From Monocercomonoides exilis PA203 (Eukaryota; Protista; Preaxostyla), in the NCBI GenBank assembly GCA_001643675.2, contig LSRY02000012.1, positions 1,736,001 to 1,800,000 on the forward strand: 64,000 nt of DNA, read 5' to 3'. The notes beneath the pieces were generated by a model, which searched no databases, was not told the origin of the DNA, and saw nothing but the letters and a program-made list of their open reading frames with translations. Positions 26,084 to 36,879 of this stretch are shown here, piece by piece (the stretch's first letter is position 1; each line of letters starts with the position of its first letter). Made by a program: the position numbers and the translations under genes.

Positions 26084-29005
26084 TCAGGGAGAGCTCGCTT
26101 CTTGCTTTGCTCTGTCTTGCTTGAGCGATGCGTGCTTTGACATTTCTTGGTGATAGTTCAGATACCCAATCTTTGCCCTCACAATCATTTCTGCCGTAAT
26201 CTCACTCCTCGCCCCATCTTCGCCTTCTGCTGCTGCTTTTGCTGATTCTGCTTCAACGCTGTCTCCTCTTTCTGTCTCTTTTCTGTCTTTCCTGCTGCCC
26301 TCCCTTTCGCTCGCTCTTCTGCTCTTTTCTCGCTTCTTCTCAGCAATCGCCACCTGCGCTGCAAGAAACTTCTCCCTCACAACAGAAAGTGTCGAGTCCA
26401 CGCAAAAGCCTGCCCCTTCCCACAGTCGATACTCCCCGCGTGTCAAAGGGATCGAAAGGGGAAGGGCAGGAGATGAGGCAGATGAGGCAGATGAGGCAGA
26501 TGAGGCAGATGAGGCTGTTATGTGTGTGATTATCTCGTCTTCTTCATCTCCACTTAGCTCGCTGTTGATTCGGCTTTTCCGTTGCTTGTTGCGAAGTTTC
26601 GTGGGAAGATACTCCAAAAGTTCAGAAGAAGATGAGGAGGAAGATGCAATTGCCCCATCAGCAGCAGAAGCTGCCAAATCGTCTGCTTTCTTGCATCCAC
26701 TTTCATTCTCACTCTCACTCTCACTCTCATCCTCATCCTCATTTTCATTCTCATTCTCATTCTCATTCTCATTCTCTTGTCTTTCCATTTCTCCCTTTTC
26801 TTTTTCATTCGTGCAGACTTTTCTGTCTTCTGCCTTTTCCTTCTTTCTGCTTCCTCCAGCTTCGTTTGCCTCGTGCCTCCTCTTCTCCTTTGCAGCTGTC
26901 TCTTTTATCTTCAGCTCCTTCTCCTCTTCTTTCAGCCGCCGCTTCAGCAGATAGAAGAAGCACGACTGCAGCAGCCTCTCCGTCGGCTGCATGCAGAAGC
27001 TCAGCCGGTGCAGCTCCAAAAGACACTCCGCCCAGCCAGCTGCTGCAGCCACTCCAGACGCTGTGTGAGACACCTCTCGGCAGCACTCCCCAACACAGCC
27101 ACACTCAAAGGCACTCAATCCGTCTGTGCTTGTTGTGGGTGAAGTGGAATGTGAAGAAAATGAGGAAGAAGAAGAAGAAGTTGATGATGATGATGATGAT
27201 GAAGGCAAGCAGACAGATGAGCCATCAGCAGGGTGATGTGCATCGAACAAGTCGAGTGCTTTCTTGTCTTCTTCACAAAGTGCAACTGTTCGTGTTTTCC
27301 TGTTTTGTTTTGAGATGCCGTCGAATGAGCAGAAGGCCCAGTTTAACACCAGGACGTTCGAGTGTTGCAGCGAAGGGGATGGAAGCAATCAATTTGAAGA
27401 ATTCAAAAAAGAAAAGAAAAGAAAAGAAAAAAAAGAACAGAAAAGCAAATCGAAATAAAAACAGGCAGTTTGCATGAACAGAAAATGGAATGCTTTCTTG
27501 GCTGCACACAAACCTGAACACTGCCTGCAGCCATTTCCGATCCATCTCTGTTTTGTTTTGCCTGTTTTCCACATGCTTCTCCACAACCACTGCCCGCACC
27601 TTTTCAAACCCTGCCTCTTCTGCAATCTTGGTCAGCTCCTCTGTTTGCGAGCATGTTCATGTCAATGTTCATATCGATGTTCATGTCGATGTATTATTCA
27701 TCAATGGATGCAGAAGCATTGATTGTGCAACAGAAATAGCAAATCAAATAAGAAATGAAATGAAAAGAAAAGAAATGAAATGAAATGAAATGAAACACAA
27801 CAACAACAACAGAAATAGCAGCAAGAGTAAAAAAGCTCCCCCACAAAATGTCCCTCTCCATCTCTGTCTCCAAACCCTCGCTCCAGAACTTCGTGGTTGT
27901 CCCGTCGCCTCTCCGGTGGTAGTTTTCGCCCAGCCGGTGTCCTTTCCCAAAGCGCAGCTGCGAGTGGTCTCCAGGATAATAGTCGCGATACAGCAGCAGC
28001 CCTCCCACCTTCAACAGCCGGCTCAGCCGCACAAACACACCCCCGATGTGCTGCGGCGCAATCGCAGACAGAACAAAAATGCACGTCATCAGATCTGCCC
28101 CTTCGCTCTGCCCCAATCCCAATCCCAATCCCAATCCCAATCCCAATCCCAATCCCAATCCCAAATGCAAAATCATCAACCCCACAACAGCCAAATAAAA
28201 ATAAAATAAAATAAATATTTTTGCATTCAAAAAAAAAAAGCTCTCGTCTGGCTTGGCTGCCATTTCATTCAGAAAAAACAGAACCATGAACCTCAAAACA
28301 AAAATCGCTTCTCTCCCCAAAGTGCCTTTCGCAGGACCCAACACTCAACATACCGGCACCTTCATCATCGACGGAACAGGCGCTTTTGCGATGTCCCACA
28401 CAAACGCATTGACCCGATCCTTCGAATAGCGCCGATGGGTCTGCCACAGAAACACACAAAAAAACAGAAAAAATCAAAAAAAAAATCAAAAAAAATTCAT
28501 ATTTTTTTAATTAATTTTAAAATTATTGTTTGCATGAAACTTGCATGTGCAAGAACGAAAATGGAAACCTTCACAAACGTCACGGCTCTGGTGGACAAAT
28601 CAAATGCATGGACAAACAAGCTCGGGTTTCTCTTTATCAAAGGGTATATCCTGAGAAAAAAAATATAACTTTCCTGCTCCTCCAATAACTTAGAAACAGC
28701 ACACGTGCTTCCTGTCCCGCACCCGACCTCGACCAGCACCTTCAAAGCCCCTTTTTCGCTGCCCAGAAGCTCGGGAAACTCCCGCGTCAGCCAGTGGCGC
28801 TCTTTGAAAAAGTTCACCGAGTTTTTCTTGCATAATTGCCCAACCCCGTCAAAACAAAAAAACTTTTATATCTTGCCCAAACATGATAGAACTTGTCCCA
28901 CGATATCTGAAACCGCTCCTCCAGGTGCTCCCGCTCCGCCACCGGCAGCGGGTCCTCGTTCACATAGTTCGCTTCTTTCAGCACGTCTGTTCCCACCCTT
29001 CGCAT
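26084..29005 (-). CDS. METTL6: tRNA N3-methylcytidine methyltransferase (METTL6/METTL2/Trm140 family) with a long C-terminal extension
   Basis: WDKFYH|KNSVNFFKERHWLTREFPEL, VEVGCGTGST (SAM motif I), HAFDLS, IFVLSAI, GGLLLYRDY, LRFGKGHRLGENYHRRGDGT, ENRQNKTEMDRKWLQAVFR. The last intron (27513-27300) joins in frame to the 27299-26084 exon. Confidence 0.9.
28112..28164. repeat. (CCCAAT)8 microsatellite, i.e. (TTGGGA)n on the transcribed strand, at the 3' end of a METTL6-like intron
   Basis: Directly visible. The intron is 28353-28108 on the minus strand. Confidence 0.95.
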
Positions 29006-29202
29006 CAGCCTGTCCTCTTCCTGTCTCTCGGTATCCCCAAATTACCGATCCTCAGATCACACGAAACGCATAATAAAAGTGCTTCCTTGTTCATATCGCC
29101 TGACGATATAGAGGTGCATGCGGGCAACAGAATGGCACGAAAATGAGAAATCAGATCTGCAGACCCTATATCGCGTATTGCAAGTTGTGTGAAAGAAAAA
29201 GA

Positions 29203-30375
29203 ATGTTGTTCATCGCGTTAATGGTGGTTGCTGGATGGCAGCGTGTCATCTGTGCAGGAACAAGTTCGTTGAATTCGGACAGGAAGGGTGCCGAGCGGCA
29301 AAATGCCAGGCAGTCGAATAGCGATCGGGACAAATTTGTGCTTGAGCTGTCGACGCCGGGTATTTCTGAGATTGGATATCCTTCGCTAAAATATACACAA
29401 TTTACTAAATATCCAACGGAGAATCCGTGGACAAAGGAGAGTTCAAGTTCAAAGTCATTTTCAGTGATTTCATACGACAGACTGAGAAAGCTTCAGATTT
29501 CACACAAGTTTTCTTATACAGCAACATACACATGCAACCTTGTCGGACAATTGGATCGTGGAAACATCAGACTGTATACTTTGGGTGCGCATGCGAGAGA
29601 TAAATCGATGGATACGTTTCCATCTCTGCCTGGCATCCTGTCTTGCGTGCCGGAGATGCGTTCGGGCCCCGATGCAGGATATGTCCCCATCGGATGTAAT
29701 TCATCTGATCAGCCATATGAATACGGTTATGATATTATTTCAGATGGACCGTTGTTTACTGGTATTGTTGGGGTAGATTGTGTGGATGCTGATGCATCAG
29801 TTCCAGAATCGTGCCCAAGCTGCAAGCGTTATGCACCTGGCATGGGTAAGGGGTATGCAACAATCAAATCTCATGAAGATCTAAGAAAGCTTCTTGTAAC
29901 GTTTGGGCCGGTTTCTGTAGAGGGGGATGCGGCATTTTATGGATCTGATTGGAGCAACTTTATCACATCATGGGATGACTCAAAGGTCTACAAGTCAGAT
30001 ATCTATTCGAGAGGAAACATGTTATATGTGCTTGGCTGGGGTGTTGAAGGGGATGAGCGTTATTATTTGGTCTTGTCTGAATACCAGTGCATCAACGAGC
30101 CAGCTGCCGCTTCGTCTTCATCTTCATCTTCTGCTACGAAAAGACAATTGGGGAGCATCAGAGGGATTGACTACAACGAGAATATGAATTGTGTGTTCAA
30201 AATAGAAGAGAGCACTTTAATGCGCTTTAAGGAGAGAAGTGAATATACAGCAACTTTGGTGGATCTGAGATATGCGTCTGGGGCATTTGGATGGAGACCT
30301 TTGTGGAGCAAGGCGGGTGGGCGGCTGTTTGTGGCGCTGGTGTCTGTTTTGACTCTGGCAATGCAATTTTTGTAA
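29203..30375 (+). CDS. Papain-family (C1A, cathepsin B-like) homolog, probably non-catalytic, with signal peptide and GPI-like C-terminus
   Basis: SLPGILSC, GCNSS, LLVTFGPVSV and GNMLYVLGWGVEGDERYYLV parallel cathepsin motifs (GCNGG, GPV, GHAxxxxGWG, YWLVANSW). Both termini are hydrophobic. Intronless. An in-frame upstream ATG also exists at 29143. Confidence 0.75.
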   Translation: MLFIALMVVAGWQRVICAGTSSLNSDRKGAERQNARQSNSDRDKFVLELSTPGISEIGYPSLKYTQFTKYPTENPWTKESSSSKSFSVISYDRLRKLQISHKFSYTATYTCNLVGQLDRGNIRLYTLGAHARDKSMDTFPSLPGILSCVPEMRSGPDAGYVPIGCNSSDQPYEYGYDIISDGPLFTGIVGVDCVDADASVPESCPSCKRYAPGMGKGYATIKSHEDLRKLLVTFGPVSVEGDAAFYGSDWSNFITSWDDSKVYKSDIYSRGNMLYVLGWGVEGDERYYLVLSEYQCINEPAAASSSSSSSATKRQLGSIRGIDYNENMNCVFKIEESTLMRFKERSEYTATLVDLRYASGAFGWRPLWSKAGGRLFVALVSVLTLAMQFL

Positions 30376-31559
30376 AAAAAGGGGGGAACAAAGGAAAGAA
30401 GGCAGAGGGAGTGACGAAAAGGCTCAGAATCGTATTTTGCATAAAAATGCGATGGATGGAATAAAATTAATTGAGAGTGTATGGTGAGCGTATTGGAGCG
30501 AGAGTTCAAATGGGAAAATCTGAAAAAAACTTCGCGGGCTTTTGGAGACTGCTGGAAAGCAAAGGAACCTTTCTTCTAAAATGTTCGCATCACATGTGGA
30601 GTTATGCTTGCTGGTAAATTGGATACCAGAATTTTTTTTTGAAATTTTTGACAGATGATATGTTAAGCGTCGCGTTTTGTGTTTTTTTAATAATATTCTT
30701 ACATTATGAAATTATCTTATATCAAATTTAAATGCTGTTTACATGACACTTTATTTCAGGCATCTTCTTTTCATTTCTTTGTTACGTTACTCATCCGAGC
30801 ACTTGTAAATTGAATGACTTATAAACATTAAGTTATTTCCAAGTAACAAGTGATTTACAAGAAAGTTATTTTGTTCTGAATTTTATATTTTACAAATGCA
30901 ACTACATATTGTAAGTGCAGATATCTTTTATTCAAAATTATTTCCTATTTTTACAATATTTTTCAAGTTGTTGTAGTCATGTATTCTTAATTTGGTGTTT
31001 TATTGAAAGTTGTTGAAGAAAAACTCGAAATTTTTTTAAAATTTTCTCTTTTTTTAAGAATTGAAGAGGAACAACCATCAAAAATAATTTAACATAATTT
31101 TATTATTCTTCAATACTGTACAACTTTATTAAACATAATAAACATTTGTTTTCAATGCAAAATCATAAAAGTGAAAATGTTCGACTGATGAAAGGATTAA
31201 ATTAGAATGAAATTCGTGCAGTCACTCACCATTCATGCTTTTTGATAAATGGAGACAACAGTTATTCATTTATTACTATGCTTGTTTCAGTCAAAATCAA
31301 TTTGTTTATTTTTTCACAGGAAATGCCTTCGGTATTATCAACTTTAATAATATCTTCTTTTGAAACGGTTTCAACCGGATTTACACCAAAATTAGACAAA
31401 CACTTTATTTCATCATTCTTATCTAGAATCACTGCAAAAACAAAAGTTTTATTAATTAGTTCCTTTTTCGACGCATGCAAAATGAGAAAAGTCAAAATTC
31501 CTTCAAACGAAGGAAATGCAAAGGCACTCAACTGAACGCCGAGTCTTGTCTGCCAGATT

Positions 31560-32940
31560 CAGACCGGATATAAAAGGAAAAAAATACCTGAGAAAAAGAA
31601 CATGTTGATGACTCGGAAACAAGGAGAACGAGTCATAGAACTACTGAAAATTTTGAGAGATTAAAGAAAGCAAATCACACCGAAAACGCTAAGAGCTGTT
31701 GTTGCGAAAGTTTGTCATAAAACGCCTTCTCACAATTTTCATTCTTCATTCATAAAAAGGCATAGCGAGGAATTGATGATCGTTCCTTCAAGCGAAAGAG
31801 AAGAAAAAAGAATGAAAATATCGTAACAAAGCATTATCATCTGGAAAAATCATTTGATTCTATATGTGCGTGGAAAATATTCTTCAATGACCTTCTGTGC
31901 TGATGAATCATGTTATCATTCCCATGAAGATACAAGAAATGTGAACTAAATAATGTGAACAAATGAACATCGTGAAATTGATCACACGCCTGTTGACAAA
32001 GTAGAAAAAAGGATATGTGTGATTATTTTTGAAATCATATCTTCTTTCGGGGTGTTGACTGTTCAATGATTGTTGGTTTTTTGAAAGAAAATTTTAATTC
32101 AAAAGAGAAAAAGCATGATAATTGTATTTTGAAACAAATGTTTTTTCCGAATTGAAGATTAAAATGTGTTCAATAAACCTTTTCACTTTTCAAATTATTT
32201 TTCATTGATATTCAAGCAATATTTTTGCACCGAATTTTTTGAATGAAGAAACATGATTTCAAAAATAATCACCCATATCATTGCTCCACTGCGTTTCACT
32301 TGATAAAACTATTGTTCCTCCTTGTTTTCTGGTGCAAAAACCATTCAATATTAAATTACTTCAGTCGCTGGGCTATCAAACAGGAATTCATGGTTGTGTG
32401 GAAATCAAAAATTCGTCATATTTCTCAAAGGAGTTGTTTGAAAACTGGTTAGAGATAATTTTCATTCCTCATGTTTTCCTGAAAAGAATGATTTTGCAAG
32501 ATGCATATACACTATATGTGTTAATGTTTGACGGTTACTGAAACAATCTATCGGATAATGAATTGACTCGATTTGCAAATGAAAACATTATTCTTTTGGT
32601 TTTCACTCCGAATACAACACATTTGCTGCAATTCGTGGATTTGTCAATTTTCTCATTATGAAAGCTTCAAATTCAACAGGTTGAGTCTGATTCAACACAC
32701 GACATCGTGGAACAACTTTTTCAGGTATCAATGAATGTGATTTTTCAAGTATCTTTATCAATAAGTATTATTCTGCTTTTATAGAAGTGGTCTTGTCAAA
32801 GATTTTCACAAGACTCCCTCAACAGTGCAGATCTTATAAAAAAGCTTCGAAAAAGTGAACCATTTCTTGAAATTGGAAAACAAATCATTCCCGTTATCAT
32901 GTGCAAGAAAAACAAAACTCACAAAAGGAGATGAATGAGG
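31560..32940 (+). mobile_element. Decayed pogo/Tigger-like (DDE_1) DNA transposase relic
   Basis: Interrupted frames give a CENP-B-like HTH region (LMTRKQGERVIELL...FHSSFIKRH), FCADES (first D), LFENWLEIIFIP, VLMFDGY* (second D) and IILLVFTPNTTHLLQFVDLSIF (cf. PPHTTHLLQPLDV). Multiple stops and frameshifts. Terminal inverted repeats not identified. Confidence 0.8.
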
Positions 32941-34099
32941 AATAATGAACATCGATAAAGTGCCAGTTTATTTTGGAATTCTGCAGTAGATGATAAACTG
33001 CGAACAATTGATATGTTGATATGTTTTTAATTTTTTCATTCGTATACAATCACGAACTTTCAGAAAAGAAATGATTAAATAAATTATGCATTCATTGAAT
33101 TATTGTTTTTCAAAATTCTAATAATTCCAAAAGAATTAACAATTAACAAAAGCAGTGAATAATAGTATAAAAAATGTCAAAAATAAAAAATTATCCGTTT
33201 TTTTTCATTATTTGTGAATATTTTATTGTTTCATAAGAACAATAATTCTTTTTAAATTGGAATAACGCATCATTTTCTCTTCAAATTAATATTTTGTCAT
33301 TTAAAAAAATATTAGTTTTATTTGAAAAATCATCAAAAAATCGAAAATACATTAAGCGTGAGCGATTTTTATTGAAAGTTTGTTTCAAATCAATCAGCTG
33401 CTTTTTGAAATCAGAATAAATAAACAGATAAAATAAAATTTAAAAAAAATTGAAAGTAATTACCAAATCAGACAACGGAAATTTTTATATTTATTTTCTA
33501 CACAATATGCATCATTTTCATTTTGCATCATAATTTAGCTGTATTAAAAAAAAGAAAAATTAGTTTTAAACGATAAATTTTAAGATCATTATAACCATTT
33601 TAAAAAGGAATTAAATATTGATTATTTGATAACTTTTTCTGTTTTTCCTTTCCAACAGAAAAATAGTGTAAAAAAAGTTCTGCAATAGCATATTTGAACC
33701 TTAGAGTCGTTTTGGAACATTTATAAAATTTACAGAAATGAAGAAATACAGACTTATTTTAAAAACAGAAAAAGGGATTCAATTCATAAATTTGACATCT
33801 TCAGCACATAAAAGTTATTCTATTCAGTATGAAATTTTAATTTCATTTGATATTTAAAAATATCAATGATGTATGAATTTTGTTTTTTCTGATTTATTTT
33901 ATGAACAATTGGATATCGTGTTCTTATTCATTGGTAACAAATTTTAACAAAAATTTGACAAAAATAAAGACAAGAATTACCTTCAAAATTTAGGAGAAAA
34001 GAAACAGCAGTAAAACATGACAATTTCACACTGAATACATTGCCTTTTTCAAAATCATTGTCAAGCGGAGCATCAAACGAAATTAATAATATTTTTCAA

Positions 34100-35950
34100 A
34101 TGTATTCAGATAAAATTAAGAACGCTACGGATTCCTTTAAGGCTAAGCTGAGTGATTTAAACAAACAATTTCTCCCATCATATGAGCGAGCCACTTTTAG
34201 AAATAAAACAAAATTATCTTCATCAACAAAGAGAAATTCCAAAAGTTTCGAAAGTTGCGAAGCGGAAAATTTATGTCCAATATCGTCAACTCATTCAAAG
34301 CTCATCTCAGTTGTAGATAAACAACTTCCTCAAAGTGTTTTATCTTCCATTATTGAAAGTGAAGCTGGATTATTACGACCTATTCCACTTAGGGAACATA
34401 AAATATCAGTTCCCCCACCTGTTACTACAATTGGTGATGGAAGAATGTTTCTTGAACCAAGAAGCAAATGGTGGGAAGATGAAGAAGTAATTGTAACTTC
34501 AAAAATGAAAAGAAAACATAAAGATGCTTTTGAGGAGAATGAGACGGAAATAAATGATAAATATTGTCAACAACATTTCACAAGAAGTCAAGAGGAAACT
34601 AAGATGCTATGCAATGAAAAAGAAGAGCAAAGATACGTTTCTGTGGGAAATAAGCGAATTAAATACAATGACTCTCCAGATGTAGCTATAGGAAGTGCAA
34701 ACGATTTCACTGAAGAGAATATGTCTCTTTTATCTCCATTTCTCTATTCTTTCGATGATATGAAGAAAATTTTGGGCGCAAAAGACCCAGCAAAAGTTAA
34801 AAATAACGACTTAAAATTTCTTTCTTCGAAATCAGAGCTTCCATTTTCATCTGCATCATCTTCTTCAGATGCTCCATCGGCAATGTTGATTTCTGCATCA
34901 CCTTTAACGAGCACTTCTGCTATTGCAAGACAGTCGCTTTGCTCAATGTCTGAATTGGACGTCACATCACATGAAAGCAAAGAGACTGAGAGAGGAGATG
35001 AAAAGAAGCAAGAGAGTACAGACACTCCCAGAAAAGAGCAGACTCTTCCGTCTTCGCCTGTGTTGCGTGATCTGGTTGCGTCGAACAACAGAAAGAGAGA
35101 TCAGATCAATGTGCTTCTTTCCAAGTGGAATGAGCAGTGCGAAGCGAGCTTGGGAGAAAAGTGGCAGGAGCAGCTGCACAAAATGGAAGAAGATAAACAG
35201 ATGAAAGCACTTAGCTCAGCAAATTCAACGTTAAATGAGGAAACAGCAACCGTGGAATCACTTGTTCCATTCTGGCGCGATCCATACCGCTCGAATGCAA
35301 TGTTTGATCTTGCATTCTATTACTTTTCAACAATCCAAACATTCTTCCCAAAATTCAATGAGGTTTGTCATAATTGCTTTTTATTCAATGAATTTTTGAT
35401 TAATTATATATTTTTCTTTTCATATTCATTAAATATTTTCCTTTAGAATTTGAAAGAAATACATTCCATGTTGACTGCAAAGACGAGCTCTCCGATGCCA
35501 AATGCACTGACAAGTTTGTATGCAACACAGGCTACATTCCATTCTCCAACACAGCCAATTCTTCACCAGACGAATAAAGAAGATCCTTCTGATTGTTCTG
35601 CAATGCTTGCACAGCCAGAGTCTTCGTTTGCAGATGCCTCGTCTCCTCATCAGCTGTCGATTGTTCCTTATTTGCCTCTGATTATTGCTCAGAATGAAAA
35701 AGCATACGAAAACCATGTTGCGCAGCAAAGACAACTGGAAAACGAAACAGAAAAGGAGGTAGCAGTTTTTAAGCAGAAAGAACAGGAAGAAGCAGAAGGA
35801 AGCGAAGCAAAGAGTATTGAAAAGAGCGAAATGACTGATGAGTCGCACGGCGGGATGGAAGCGAAGCTTCTTCCAAAAATCAGCAGTCCTTATTATCACT
35901 TCAACTATCTTCGATACACAATCGCTAATATTAAGAAAAAGAAAGGATGA
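34100..35950 (+). CDS. Hypothetical protein, 2 exons (intron 35363-35446), possible INCENP IN-box-like motif
   Basis: The two ORFs join in frame through GAG|GT...TAG|AAT. First in-frame ATG is at 34100; an upstream exon is possible. Confidence 0.7.
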
Positions 35951-36879
35951 AATTGCTTTTAGTTAAGTTTATGAAAATTTCACTTTTTTCAGTACAAAAA
36001 TGTCTTTTTTGAAGCTAATTCCGAGTTATATTTCAGTTTTTCAAAGCAAAATGTACAATAATTGATGAAATAAAATTATAAAGGCAATGAGATCATAAAT
36101 AACTTGAGTGTGCGTTGAGAAGAAAGTGTCAAAGCACAAAAAAATTAAAAGAAGCAATCATTAAAATATAAGCAGTTGTAATGTAACATAACAGAAATAG
36201 CAAAAATTGGTATTATAACAATCATAATTGCGAAAATAACATCAAAAATTAAAAAGAAACCAAATATGTACAACAATTCCAAAACATAGGATTCTAGAAA
36301 AAAATAAAAAAATTAGTAAAAATTGAAAACTGCGAATAGAATGCTCTCACAATATTAGAGCACGCAAATTGTAAAGAAATAACTAAGAGCGCGTCTCCAA
36401 AGAAGACTGGCCACGAAAACAGGATGGATGTGACAAAATTAATAAATGGAATTAACACAATCAAGATAAAGAGGAACATATACGACAAAAGAGTATATGT
36501 GATACAAAAAATGAGATGATAAACAGGCATATAAGTTAATGTTTGCAGTGATTGCAGTATTGTGTGTGTGCAATGTTTGTGAAGGTTTTCAGCCAAATTA
36601 AAGTTTGTGAAACAGAATAAGAATAATACATAACTAAACGTCTTATACAAGCCATGTCAATTAAAATGTTGTTGCTTTGCTGGGAATATACAATTAGCCA
36701 AACAAATTGTTTTGGAAAAAGCAGTCAGATAAATTAAAAAGAAATATGAGTTGGATGGATATAAATCCAAAATGAAATACAGGAATTGACATTATAAACT
36801 AATGTTGTAAGATTTTTCTTCAGTTCTTTCTATAAATTGAAAACAATAACAGAAACAAAAAATATGCAAATTCCAATCA

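Noticed and set aside
29021-29045. Possible 25-nt intron extending METTL6 upstream of ATG 29005
   Set aside because: The upstream frame hits TGA within three codons.
30650-33400. Terminal inverted repeats for the pogo relic (TTAAGCGT seen at ~30664 and ~33352)
   Set aside because: The matches are short and in direct, not inverted, orientation.
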